Below the pieces are notes generated by a model, which saw only the letters and a program-made list of their open reading frames with translations, searched no databases and had not been told where the DNA came from. A program made the position numbers and the translations under genes. A stretch of DNA of 52,847 nt from a virus (taxonomy: Duplodnaviria > Caudoviricetes): positions 1 through 52,847 of IMG/VR virus record IMGVR_UViG_3300025141_000135, one strand, 5' to 3'. Shown in pieces: positions 44,871 through 52,847 of this stretch (position 1 is the stretch's first letter; each line of letters opens with the position of its first letter).

Positions 44871-46508
44871 TTACCTAGGCATAAAGGGTAGAGGTTCATT
44901 ATTAGAATTATTAGCTGGCGTTTGATTTGGAGCATCTAACGCAGGGTTTCTATAGGAAGAAATCTTCCTAAAAGTAACACCTTGAAATGAGGGCTGACTG
45001 AGTCCCATATTTTCAAATCCACGCTTGTTAGCCTCCCACATATCATCAGCCCACTCTGGCCGTTCAACCACTTCCCAATGTTTAGCGCGCAAAGCTACTA
45101 TCATTTGTTCAACTTGTTCAGGAGGAGCAGTAGTAATCCAATCAGCCCAAAAGGCTGATGCCTCTTCTACACTTCCCTCTTCCAAAAGTTTTACTATCGC
45201 TCTTGTTTTATCTTCTGGCTCTACGTCTGGGGCTACCAGCCCTGCGATAATATTTAATTGAGCGTCTAAAATATCATCGACTTTTGCTTGGCCACTAACT
45301 GTAGATAGATCAATAGTGTCAGGAATAGCTACTCCATATGTTGATCCCAATGCTTTAAGATAATTAGCAACTGCTTTCTTTTTGTCTCCATAAGTATTCG
45401 CAGCTGCGTTGCCAGCGCCTTCTAAAATACTTTTGGCCAAATCACTTCTATTTTTCCGTACAGCCTCTGATATTCTTCCATCAACTCCGGCTTTAAGAAT
45501 ATCCAAAGTTTCTGAAGGATGTCCTAACTGTCCATATATATCAATAGCTGCTAAGTAACTCTTTCTAGCCCCACTAGGATCAGTAATCGAAAGAATGTCC
45601 CCTTGTTCTTCAAGCATTTCAGCTTGTCTTCGAAGCCTGGCATTAGCTTCTTTCTCTGGATCGGTAAGCCCTGCAGTTCTCTTAGCAGACTCTAACAAAA
45701 GAGATGTATGATTTACCAACTCTGGGTTTCTAATAACTATTGGTTCTGTAAGAACTTGCTCTAGTCCTTCTACGTCACCTTTTAATGCGTTTATAAGAGG
45801 CTTCCAAACTTTAGTCTGTTGTTCCCTTGCTTGCTGATTTAGATCCCTTCTTATAGCGTTACCTTCTGTGGCTTTTCCTGTAGCGCTAACGTAAGAGTTT
45901 ACAATCCCTTCTATTGTTTCCTCATACTCAGGATCATTATAGTTCAGATTACTAGTCTGCTTTAACGTCAAGCTTAAGGCATTTATTGTTCCAGTGGATT
46001 CTGCTAAATAGCTATCTAGTTCTCCCAGCCTGGCAGTCATAGGACCTGTGTCTACAAGTCCTTCTGCTCCTGTAGGCATGGAGGCCAAGGATGTAGTTAT
46101 TCCTCCAGCCCCAGTTCTTACCTTATCTTGATAAGACCTGAGATCTGTTAACCCTTTCCTCATTCCTCCGGCACTGCTGAAGTCTATAGAAGGAGGAGCC
46201 CCGACATTAGCAGCCTGTAAAGATCCTGCAAAATCTGTCTGTACACCTTTCGTGGCAAAGCTTCGTAGAGATGAAGCTAATGCAACATCCCCAAGAGCCT
46301 CTGCTCTAGCAGCCGCTCCGAAGGGGTCTATCTTTGCCATATTCCAGATCATGGCTCTTTCCGCTTGGCCAGCCATCCTTTTTTCTCTAGTAGCCGCCGC
46401 TGTTCTTCTTTGTTTAGCGTCAGCTAGAGCTGCCCCAGTCTTAACTCCAGGGAGAAGGCCTTCTGTAAACCCTTCTGCAAACTCGCCTAATTTCTGTGCA
46501 AATCCCAT
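44871..46508 (-). CDS. putative internal virion/ejection protein (545 aa)
   Basis: Ala-rich and helical, with an amphipathic N-terminus; position fits. Confidence 0.6.
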   Translation of the reverse strand: MGFAQKLGEFAEGFTEGLLPGVKTGAALADAKQRRTAAATREKRMAGQAERAMIWNMAKIDPFGAAARAEALGDVALASSLRSFATKGVQTDFAGSLQAANVGAPPSIDFSSAGGMRKGLTDLRSYQDKVRTGAGGITTSLASMPTGAEGLVDTGPMTARLGELDSYLAESTGTINALSLTLKQTSNLNYNDPEYEETIEGIVNSYVSATGKATEGNAIRRDLNQQAREQQTKVWKPLINALKGDVEGLEQVLTEPIVIRNPELVNHTSLLLESAKRTAGLTDPEKEANARLRRQAEMLEEQGDILSITDPSGARKSYLAAIDIYGQLGHPSETLDILKAGVDGRISEAVRKNRSDLAKSILEGAGNAAANTYGDKKKAVANYLKALGSTYGVAIPDTIDLSTVSGQAKVDDILDAQLNIIAGLVAPDVEPEDKTRAIVKLLEEGSVEEASAFWADWITTAPPEQVEQMIVALRAKHWEVVERPEWADDMWEANKRGFENMGLSQPSFQGVTFRKISSYRNPALDAPNQTPANNSNNEPLPFMPR

Positions 46509-46514
46509 TTTGTT

Positions 46515-46537
46515 CTCCGTAACAATTTGTTATAGAG
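46515..46537. promoter_or_regulatory. 23-bp palindrome copy 9 (CTCCGTAACAATTTGTTATAGAG)
   Basis: Intergenic; the minus-strand GGAG is the RBS of 46508. Confidence 0.85.
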
Positions 46538-46555
46538 TTTAAGAAAATTAGTTAA

Positions 46556-49500
46556 CTATCCTCCAGTAGCCGCTGCGCCTGCGCTTGCTCCAGCTGCTGT
46601 AGCTGCTGGCATCAAATCTGTGTTACCGGTTGCATATGCTAGATACGCGCCTCCTGCTGCTCCAACGCCTATACCAAAAGCCCTACCTATACTAGAAAGA
46701 GCTGACACTCCTCCTGCTTCTCTCTCAGAAGAGAAATTAGACCCAGAAAGAAAACTCATAATAGCAGATTGTGTAGTATCATCTAGATCAGCAAACCAAG
46801 TATCGCTTATATAGCTGATATTAAAAGGACGTGTACCTCCATCATCTAGACGTTCACCTTTTAAAGAGTCAAAATAAGATGTCATATTTCTAAGAAGGGT
46901 TTGGTCATTACCTATCCCTCCTGTTATTGAAGCAAATAAATCATTTACTTGCTGTTTTTGTTCATCTGAAGCATTAGCCACAAAGTCATTAGCGGCAGTT
47001 ACAGAGTTAAATTCATGGCCTGGGACATATAATAAAGCTCCTGCGTTATCTCCGTACACATCTTTAACAGAGTCTTGCAAAGAACCAAGAAAATAATCTC
47101 CCCATTCACCTGACCACTGTATATTATCCCAAACTGGAGGCCTATCTGGATCAGTAAGAGCGTATACAGTTGCTGCAGCTCCAGCAGCGGGGCCTCCTAA
47201 TATGGTGGCTGTGGTTATCTTAAATTTGTTATCCCAGAGCTTACGGAATATTCCTCTTTGTTCTGCATCTGCTGCGTTAAAAGTTGATTCATCTGCGGGA
47301 AGGGCGTCTGGACCTACAGGGGCATATGTCTTTATTTCCTGCCCTCCTTTTATTAGGCTAGCCCAAACATCTAACATATTCTTTTCTGCTTGGTCAGCCT
47401 GTCTATTCGCCCTTGCAAAGGTTTCTCCATCAATACCAAAAGACGTTGCTATAGCTCTTTCCCTATCCCCATAAAGAAGATCATACTGATCTTTTGCCTG
47501 AAGAAATGCCCCTTGCTCTTGTCTCTCTTGGTAACCATGAGATATTATAACATTATTTATAGCATCTTCTCTTTGTTGAATCCTTTGTTCTTCTGTAAGA
47601 TCAGGATTAAAAAACACATCTGTTAGTCTTTGGTCCAGATCCCACATAGCGTTACGAAACTTATTACTATCAAGACCGTACTGCTCAGCTACCTCTAAAT
47701 TTATCCTGTTCCACTCTTTATCCGCTCTCTCTTTAGCGTCATTGAACTTATCTCTATCAAGACCATTCTCTGCCGCTATAGCATCGTACTTAGATATCCT
47801 CTCCATGTTCTGCTGCATGATAGTAGCCGCAAACTCTTTAGCCTTCTGTGTAGGCATATTATCTTCTACATTTATCCTACCATTAGCTATAAGATTATTC
47901 AGCTCTCCATCAGTAATATCCCTGCCAAGCATCGCACTAAAGCTCATCCTTATGGAGTTCTTCATATCTTCGCTTGGAGGCATATAAGGAAACATAGCCC
48001 ACTCAGACTTAGGAATACCCAGATCTTCCAGAGAAAGAAGCCCTCCTGGGACTCCAACATCTCCAGTAACATCTGCCCAAGCCTGACTAATATCTGCTGA
48101 AATAGCCCGAGTATTATTTACAATATCACTATTAATCTTCTTAATGGCCGCTTCAATCTCTGTCTCGCTTAAGCCAAATTCTTTAAGCCTAATAGCAATA
48201 TCGTTATTGAACTGCCGAACAGTTTCCCTAAGCTCTGTGTTAAATTGCCTCTGTTGTTCGTCTAACTGCTCTTCTGCCATCTTACCAGTGGTAATAGTAC
48301 TAAACGCATTTACTAGATTAGTAATAGTACTATCCCTAGCGGCCTGGAGCCTGTCTTGAACCTCAGAATCCAACGCTGCTAAGTCTTGAATCCTTTGATT
48401 CTCCAGAAGCTCAAACTGCCTCTGCGCTCTTCCAGTCTTAGGCCCTCCTGGATCTATAGCAAACTGTCGGCCGAGACGTAACCTGGCATCTCCGTAACGA
48501 TCTTCTATAGCGGTAGTCTGAGAAGCCTTGTACTCTTCCGAGTTAAAGCCCATATCCTGAACTGTGTTTTCTATCTCTGTAGCTATAGTACTTTGAATAC
48601 TCTCGAGGTTAGCTGGGTCTCCAGCGTTACCCATTCCACCTTCCCCTTCTACACTAGTATTCGCATCAGTATTTGCTTGCTGCTCTCTAGCCCACTCGGC
48701 ATAAACCATAGCTTCATGAGGACTCAAAAGAGGATTTCCTTCTGCGTCCACCTGGTCTGTTAACCAGAAGACCCTCTCTAAAATATCTAAGCCTGCTGGA
48801 GGCTCCGGAATCTTTAGAAGGATATCTTCTATACTAATATTCGCTATAGCTGCTTCATACTCAGGAGTTCCAGGAGTGTAAAGAGAATCTACTATAACTT
48901 CATCTCCTGCTTCTGCTCTGTCTCCTTCTCTATCCGCCAGGACTTCTGCGTAGTTAGTCTCCCATTCTTCTAATGTGCCATCCTGGAAAGCCTTAATATA
49001 ACCCGCGAGAGCATCTTCTCCATCAGCATTGAGAACTTCTCCTGCCCTTATTACCTGATCATCATTAAGGCCTAGTAGAGGTTGCTCTATAAGATATTTT
49101 GCTCTTTCTCCATCTAAATAAGGAGATATAGAAGCGTAATCTTCTAAGGATCTCTCAGGGATTACATCTTTCCCTTCTCCCATAATAGAAGCATAATTAT
49201 CTTGTTTACTTTTAATTATATCCTTAAGGAGCGCATTGTAAGCGGCTTCCCCACCTGACCTATACGCCCCTTCTAATAAACTTATCTCTTGGGCTGTGAG
49301 TTCCCTATGTGGAGAACCAGGATCTCCAAGACCTCCTGCTTGGTGGGTCAAAAAGTCCTGGCTTGTCCTTATCTTATTCTGTATTGTCTCTGCTTCGGTG
49401 GGTTCAGTAGGAGTAGTTTCATCTTTCCAAGCCTCGGCAGGATCATCTCTATTCTCTTTTGCCCACTGGTACCATCTAAGAGCATCATCTCCACTAATAG

Positions 49501-52009
49501 TTCCGGCATTAACACTATCCGCCAAAAGCTGAAAAGCATCAAAATTACTCAGATCACTAGGAATAGCAGGGAGTCTAGCTAGAAACGCTTCTAGCGACTC
49601 CTCTTCTTCTAATGTTACATCTAGATCAGTACCAAACTCAGTTAAAGACTCTTCTTCCTCTTCTAAGGTTACATCTAGCTCAGTGCCAACCTCAGTCAAA
49701 GGTTCCTCCACCGGCTCTTCTCCAAGAAAATCAGTTCCTTTTATCTGGTTTAAAACTGATTCAAATCTAACAGGGCCTCCATCATTGAAAGCCTTTCTAA
49801 GTCTGGCTAGCTGCTGAGCGTTTAGCTCCACTCCTGCGTTAGCCACTAAAGAGTCAAAACCTGTTCCTGCTGTAGCATCTATCTCCTCTGTATCTTCTGT
49901 TTCTCCGTCTCCAAGATCCGGCTGTTCAGCATCGTCTGCCACTCTCTTAGTCTCATTAGCCCAACCGAGCCATCTTTGTGCATCTTCTTCTGACACTCCT
50001 TGTTCTATAAGCCAAGTCATTCCAGGAACATTACTCATACTGCTGGGGACTGTTGGAAGTCTAGCTAAAAGAGTTTCTATAGGTTCTACAGGTTCTTCCG
50101 TAGGCGTTCTTTTTGTTTCTCCAGCATTCATTGGCTCGTCTTCATATTTGTACCAAAACCAGAATCTCCACCTCTTTACGTCCTCTTCAGTAACACCCTC
50201 TTGGTCTGATAACCATGCCATAGCTCCATCAAGGTCCAGAGAACCAGGAACAGCAGGCATCCTGCTTAAGAAAGCCTCTCGAGACTCTGCAGCTTTCCAA
50301 GTCCAACTTTCAGGATCAAAAGTCGGCATATCCCAAGAGTAGATAGCCCCAGATCCAGGGATCATCTCTTCTGGCATAGGAGGAGCCAGTTCCCATCTAC
50401 CTGAGGAAGGCCTTTTGTAATAGCCTTCTCTTCCAACATTAGGATCTTCTATACCAGAAGTATCACCGGTTTCAGTGTCAAAACCTGGCGGCAGGCCTGG
50501 CTGTTCTGGCGTAACATCTACATCTACTGTACCCTCATCAACAGGAGGCAGACTACTATCTCCTTCTCCCCCAACACCTGGCGCGGCATCCCACCTCCAA
50601 CTAGCCTGATTCCATGTCGCTCCCTCTCCTTTATCATTAGGGGGAATCTCAGTCCATATTCTAGTGTAAGGATGCTTTGCGTATCCCTCTCTAAAAGCGT
50701 TAGGGTCTGCTTTTATATCCTCTATAGTTGTTTTTCCCTTCTCCCATAATTTTTGTACAAGACTACCAGGGTCTACTGTATGATCCTCTAGTTCTCCTTG
50801 TGTATCCCCTATAATCTCGGTCTCTTCATTTTCTGTTTCTTCTAGCTGCGCTGCTGCATTATTAGCCCTGGTGTTAGATATAAGCTTAAGCAAATCAGTT
50901 TTCTGTTGGGGCGTAAGATTAGGATCTGCGTATATATCATCTCCTATTTCTCCAGAAAGCTCACCTTCACCAATCCTTTGTTGGTACTCTTGAAAAGCAT
51001 AAGGATTATTAGCAGGAGGGAGGGCCGCTTGCGCATTAAGCTTTTTTATCTCTGCTAGCACCCTGTTAAATTCTTCTTCTCCTCCACGCCCAAAAGCTTT
51101 AAACAACTGATCTGTTTGTTCACTGCTTAACTCTATATCAACTCCTTCTATTAATGTAGGAAGAGTTGGCTCAGTAGGGGTTGGAGGATCGTCAGCTACA
51201 GGCTCTACAGGAGGAGGACCCCAAGACTCAGTTTGATAATTAAAAGTCCAGTCTAGACCTCCAGGGTTAGGAGGTATAGGTACCCATGTTAAGCTACTGG
51301 GACTCTGGTAATACCCTTCTCGATTTTCGTTCGGGTCTTTTGTTGGCCCTGTAGCTCCTAAAGTTTCCCTAGTAGACTGACTCACGTTCACGGTAGGAGT
51401 TAAAGCACTTTGGGCTGCAGTAACAAGTCTGTTATGCTCAGGGCTGCTTTTATAATTTGATACTAATCTTTGTACAGCAGGAGTTGTGGCTGCTAGCGCT
51501 TTCCCATCTACTGTGATAACCTTACCTAAAGGATCAGCCTTTATAGCTTCTATATACTTATTAGCAACGTCCTGGTCTGTTTCTACAGGGACTGAAGGAA
51601 CATCAGCTAATGGATCAGAAGAAGAAAATATAAGAGCTGTTTCATCTTCTAATTTTGGAGGTTCTTGGTTAATATTATCAACAGTAACTACTGGAGCGGT
51701 CTGTCCACCAAAGCCGCCAGCAGCGCCGGTGTAAGACTGTCCTATATCCTCTTCTGATTCTAGAGACTCACTATCAGGTGCCAGCTTAGCCCTAGAAGAA
51801 TCTGCGTTAGCCGCTATCCTAGTACTCATTATAAGAGTAAGTAATTCGGATTTTTCTGCAGCGGTAAGAGTAGCGTCTGCGTTTATAGTATCCCCTATCC
51901 CTGTTGTTTCCCCTCCTGTAATTCTTTGTTTGTAAGACTGGAACTTACCATTGTTTGGGTCGACAATACTTGAAGTAGCAGTACTTACTGTAACACCTGA
52001 AAATGCCAT
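46556..52009 (-). CDS. very large acidic repeat-mosaic protein (1817 aa), putative ejection protein
   Basis: Several internal repeat families, central coiled coil (EQQRQFN), C-terminal Gly/Ala zipper. Confidence 0.7.
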   Translation of the reverse strand: MAFSGVTVSTATSSIVDPNNGKFQSYKQRITGGETTGIGDTINADATLTAAEKSELLTLIMSTRIAANADSSRAKLAPDSESLESEEDIGQSYTGAAGGFGGQTAPVVTVDNINQEPPKLEDETALIFSSSDPLADVPSVPVETDQDVANKYIEAIKADPLGKVITVDGKALAATTPAVQRLVSNYKSSPEHNRLVTAAQSALTPTVNVSQSTRETLGATGPTKDPNENREGYYQSPSSLTWVPIPPNPGGLDWTFNYQTESWGPPPVEPVADDPPTPTEPTLPTLIEGVDIELSSEQTDQLFKAFGRGGEEEFNRVLAEIKKLNAQAALPPANNPYAFQEYQQRIGEGELSGEIGDDIYADPNLTPQQKTDLLKLISNTRANNAAAQLEETENEETEIIGDTQGELEDHTVDPGSLVQKLWEKGKTTIEDIKADPNAFREGYAKHPYTRIWTEIPPNDKGEGATWNQASWRWDAAPGVGGEGDSSLPPVDEGTVDVDVTPEQPGLPPGFDTETGDTSGIEDPNVGREGYYKRPSSGRWELAPPMPEEMIPGSGAIYSWDMPTFDPESWTWKAAESREAFLSRMPAVPGSLDLDGAMAWLSDQEGVTEEDVKRWRFWFWYKYEDEPMNAGETKRTPTEEPVEPIETLLARLPTVPSSMSNVPGMTWLIEQGVSEEDAQRWLGWANETKRVADDAEQPDLGDGETEDTEEIDATAGTGFDSLVANAGVELNAQQLARLRKAFNDGGPVRFESVLNQIKGTDFLGEEPVEEPLTEVGTELDVTLEEEEESLTEFGTDLDVTLEEEESLEAFLARLPAIPSDLSNFDAFQLLADSVNAGTISGDDALRWYQWAKENRDDPAEAWKDETTPTEPTEAETIQNKIRTSQDFLTHQAGGLGDPGSPHRELTAQEISLLEGAYRSGGEAAYNALLKDIIKSKQDNYASIMGEGKDVIPERSLEDYASISPYLDGERAKYLIEQPLLGLNDDQVIRAGEVLNADGEDALAGYIKAFQDGTLEEWETNYAEVLADREGDRAEAGDEVIVDSLYTPGTPEYEAAIANISIEDILLKIPEPPAGLDILERVFWLTDQVDAEGNPLLSPHEAMVYAEWAREQQANTDANTSVEGEGGMGNAGDPANLESIQSTIATEIENTVQDMGFNSEEYKASQTTAIEDRYGDARLRLGRQFAIDPGGPKTGRAQRQFELLENQRIQDLAALDSEVQDRLQAARDSTITNLVNAFSTITTGKMAEEQLDEQQRQFNTELRETVRQFNNDIAIRLKEFGLSETEIEAAIKKINSDIVNNTRAISADISQAWADVTGDVGVPGGLLSLEDLGIPKSEWAMFPYMPPSEDMKNSIRMSFSAMLGRDITDGELNNLIANGRINVEDNMPTQKAKEFAATIMQQNMERISKYDAIAAENGLDRDKFNDAKERADKEWNRINLEVAEQYGLDSNKFRNAMWDLDQRLTDVFFNPDLTEEQRIQQREDAINNVIISHGYQERQEQGAFLQAKDQYDLLYGDRERAIATSFGIDGETFARANRQADQAEKNMLDVWASLIKGGQEIKTYAPVGPDALPADESTFNAADAEQRGIFRKLWDNKFKITTATILGGPAAGAAATVYALTDPDRPPVWDNIQWSGEWGDYFLGSLQDSVKDVYGDNAGALLYVPGHEFNSVTAANDFVANASDEQKQQVNDLFASITGGIGNDQTLLRNMTSYFDSLKGERLDDGGTRPFNISYISDTWFADLDDTTQSAIMSFLSGSNFSSEREAGGVSALSSIGRAFGIGVGAAGGAYLAYATGNTDLMPAATAAGASAGAAATGG

Positions 52010-52016
52010 TAGTCAC

Positions 52017-52039
52017 CTCTATAACAAATTGTTATGAAG
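52017..52039. promoter_or_regulatory. 23-bp palindrome copy 10 (CTCTATAACAAATTGTTATGAAG)
   Basis: Overlaps the stop of 52032..52232 and the RBS of 52009. Confidence 0.8.
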
Positions 52040-52232
52040 TTTCAATTTCTTCAGACTCTTCATGCCCATTCTGGACATTCCTAGCAAAGTCTAAAGCGCC
52101 TATTATTTGATGTTGTGCAGCTCTAAGATACACTAATCGTTGCTCAATTTGCTGTATTTCTTTCTCTACAGCTTCTTTTTTCTCTTCATAATCCTTAACG
52201 CTCTCTTCCATATTCTGCTCTACGTTGCTCAT
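52032..52232 (-). CDS. small coiled-coil protein
   Basis: AGGAG RBS; heptad pattern. Confidence 0.7.
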   Translation of the reverse strand: MSNVEQNMEESVKDYEEKKEAVEKEIQQIEQRLVYLRAAQHQIIGALDFARNVQNGHEESEEIETS

Positions 52233-52233
52233 C

Positions 52234-52467
52234 TTACTCTCCTAAGTTAGAAAAAAACTGCCTAATGGAATTAATCGCTACAGTCAGCCCTGCAATAGCA
52301 TAAGGCATCAAGGACGGATCTGTAGCGGCTTCGGGCATATAGCCCAACTTCGATATAATATCAAACGCAACTGCACCTACCCCACCTACCGCAACACTCT
52401 TCCCAGTCTTAGTGGCTTCTTTTTTACCGAAGCCCATCTTAATGTTTTTTCTTAGTATAGCTAACAT
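52234..52467 (-). CDS. holin-like two-TM protein
   Basis: Basic N-terminus, two hydrophobic segments, GGAG RBS. Confidence 0.55.
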   Translation of the reverse strand: MLAILRKNIKMGFGKKEATKTGKSVAVGGVGAVAFDIISKLGYMPEAATDPSLMPYAIAGLTVAINSIRQFFSNLGE

Positions 52468-52476
52468 TTCGTTCTC

Positions 52477-52847
52477 CTATTTTGAGTCAGGATGCGCTGC
52501 TTTATAAGCCCATGCAAAGATAGCCGTCACTAGAAATGTCAAGGTAGATACCATCGCTTCATGCTGCCAGAAACTTTGATACTTATCTCCACCTATCCAA
52601 GTGTTGCCCGCTTTACATAGCTCATAAAACAACGCTACTGTTATCGCTGCCCCGCCTGACCAGTAACCAGCCTTGGATGCTTCATCTCTGGCTTTTTGCT
52701 TGCGCGAGATTGTAACCAGTTCCTTAGTCGCTTTCTGAGCCTCTTTCTTTGCTTCTCGTTCACTTTGCCCTGTCCGTTTTAAAGCGTGTACAGTTGCGCC
52801 TTTTATTCTTTTCTCTTCCAAGTACGCATCGTAGAGTCTACCATAAC
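52477..52847 (-). CDS. 3' part of the origin-spanning two-TM membrane protein (holin-like)
   Basis: Two C-terminal TM segments; the frame continues to position 197. Confidence 0.7.
   Translation of the reverse strand, partial: YGRLYDAYLEEKRIKGATVHALKRTGQSEREAKKEAQKATKELVTISRKQKARDEASKAGYWSGGAAITVALFYELCKAGNTWIGGDKYQSFWQHEAMVSTLTFLVTAIFAWAYKAAHPDSK
52721..52847. repeat. 127-bp terminal direct repeat (copy 2)
   Basis: Identical to 1-127. Confidence 0.95.

Overview
The window is a complete, circularly assembled genome of a tailed dsDNA phage, about 52,720 bp. Bases 1-127 are repeated exactly at 52721-52847, and a gene reads intact across the junction. The architecture looks podovirus-like. Two arms diverge from a mostly non-coding control region at about 24.4-27.2 kb. 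The minus-strand arm carries packaging and structure genes: TerS, TerL, portal, scaffold, major capsid, three glycosyltransferases placed among the head genes, adaptor, nozzle, an S74-chaperone tail fibre, small membrane proteins, three large putative ejection proteins and an M15 peptidase endolysin. The plus-strand arm carries small early genes, a Cas4-like nuclease/Sak4-like ATPase/SSB recombination module, a ParB-HTH-DNA methyltransferase fusion, a UDG-fused family A DNA polymerase with His at the 762-equivalent position, and a DUF3987-like ATPase. I recognised no integrase, primase, tRNA or CRISPR array. Five signals stand out. (1) Ten copies of a 23-bp palindrome CTCYR-TAACAAWTTGTTA-YRGAG are spread around the genome at gene junctions; they may be loading sites for the ParB-clamp methyltransferase, or operators. 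(2) There are two consensus sigma-54 promoters, one with an IHF-like site and upstream TGTCA/TGACA repeats. (3) A 37-bp, G-U-rich long-range RNA duplex encloses an entire early gene, downstream of a nested structured-RNA candidate. (4) An A38 tract sits inside an inverted-repeat frame. (5) CTAG is strongly over-represented. Product names come from motif recognition and gene context only; no database searches were run.
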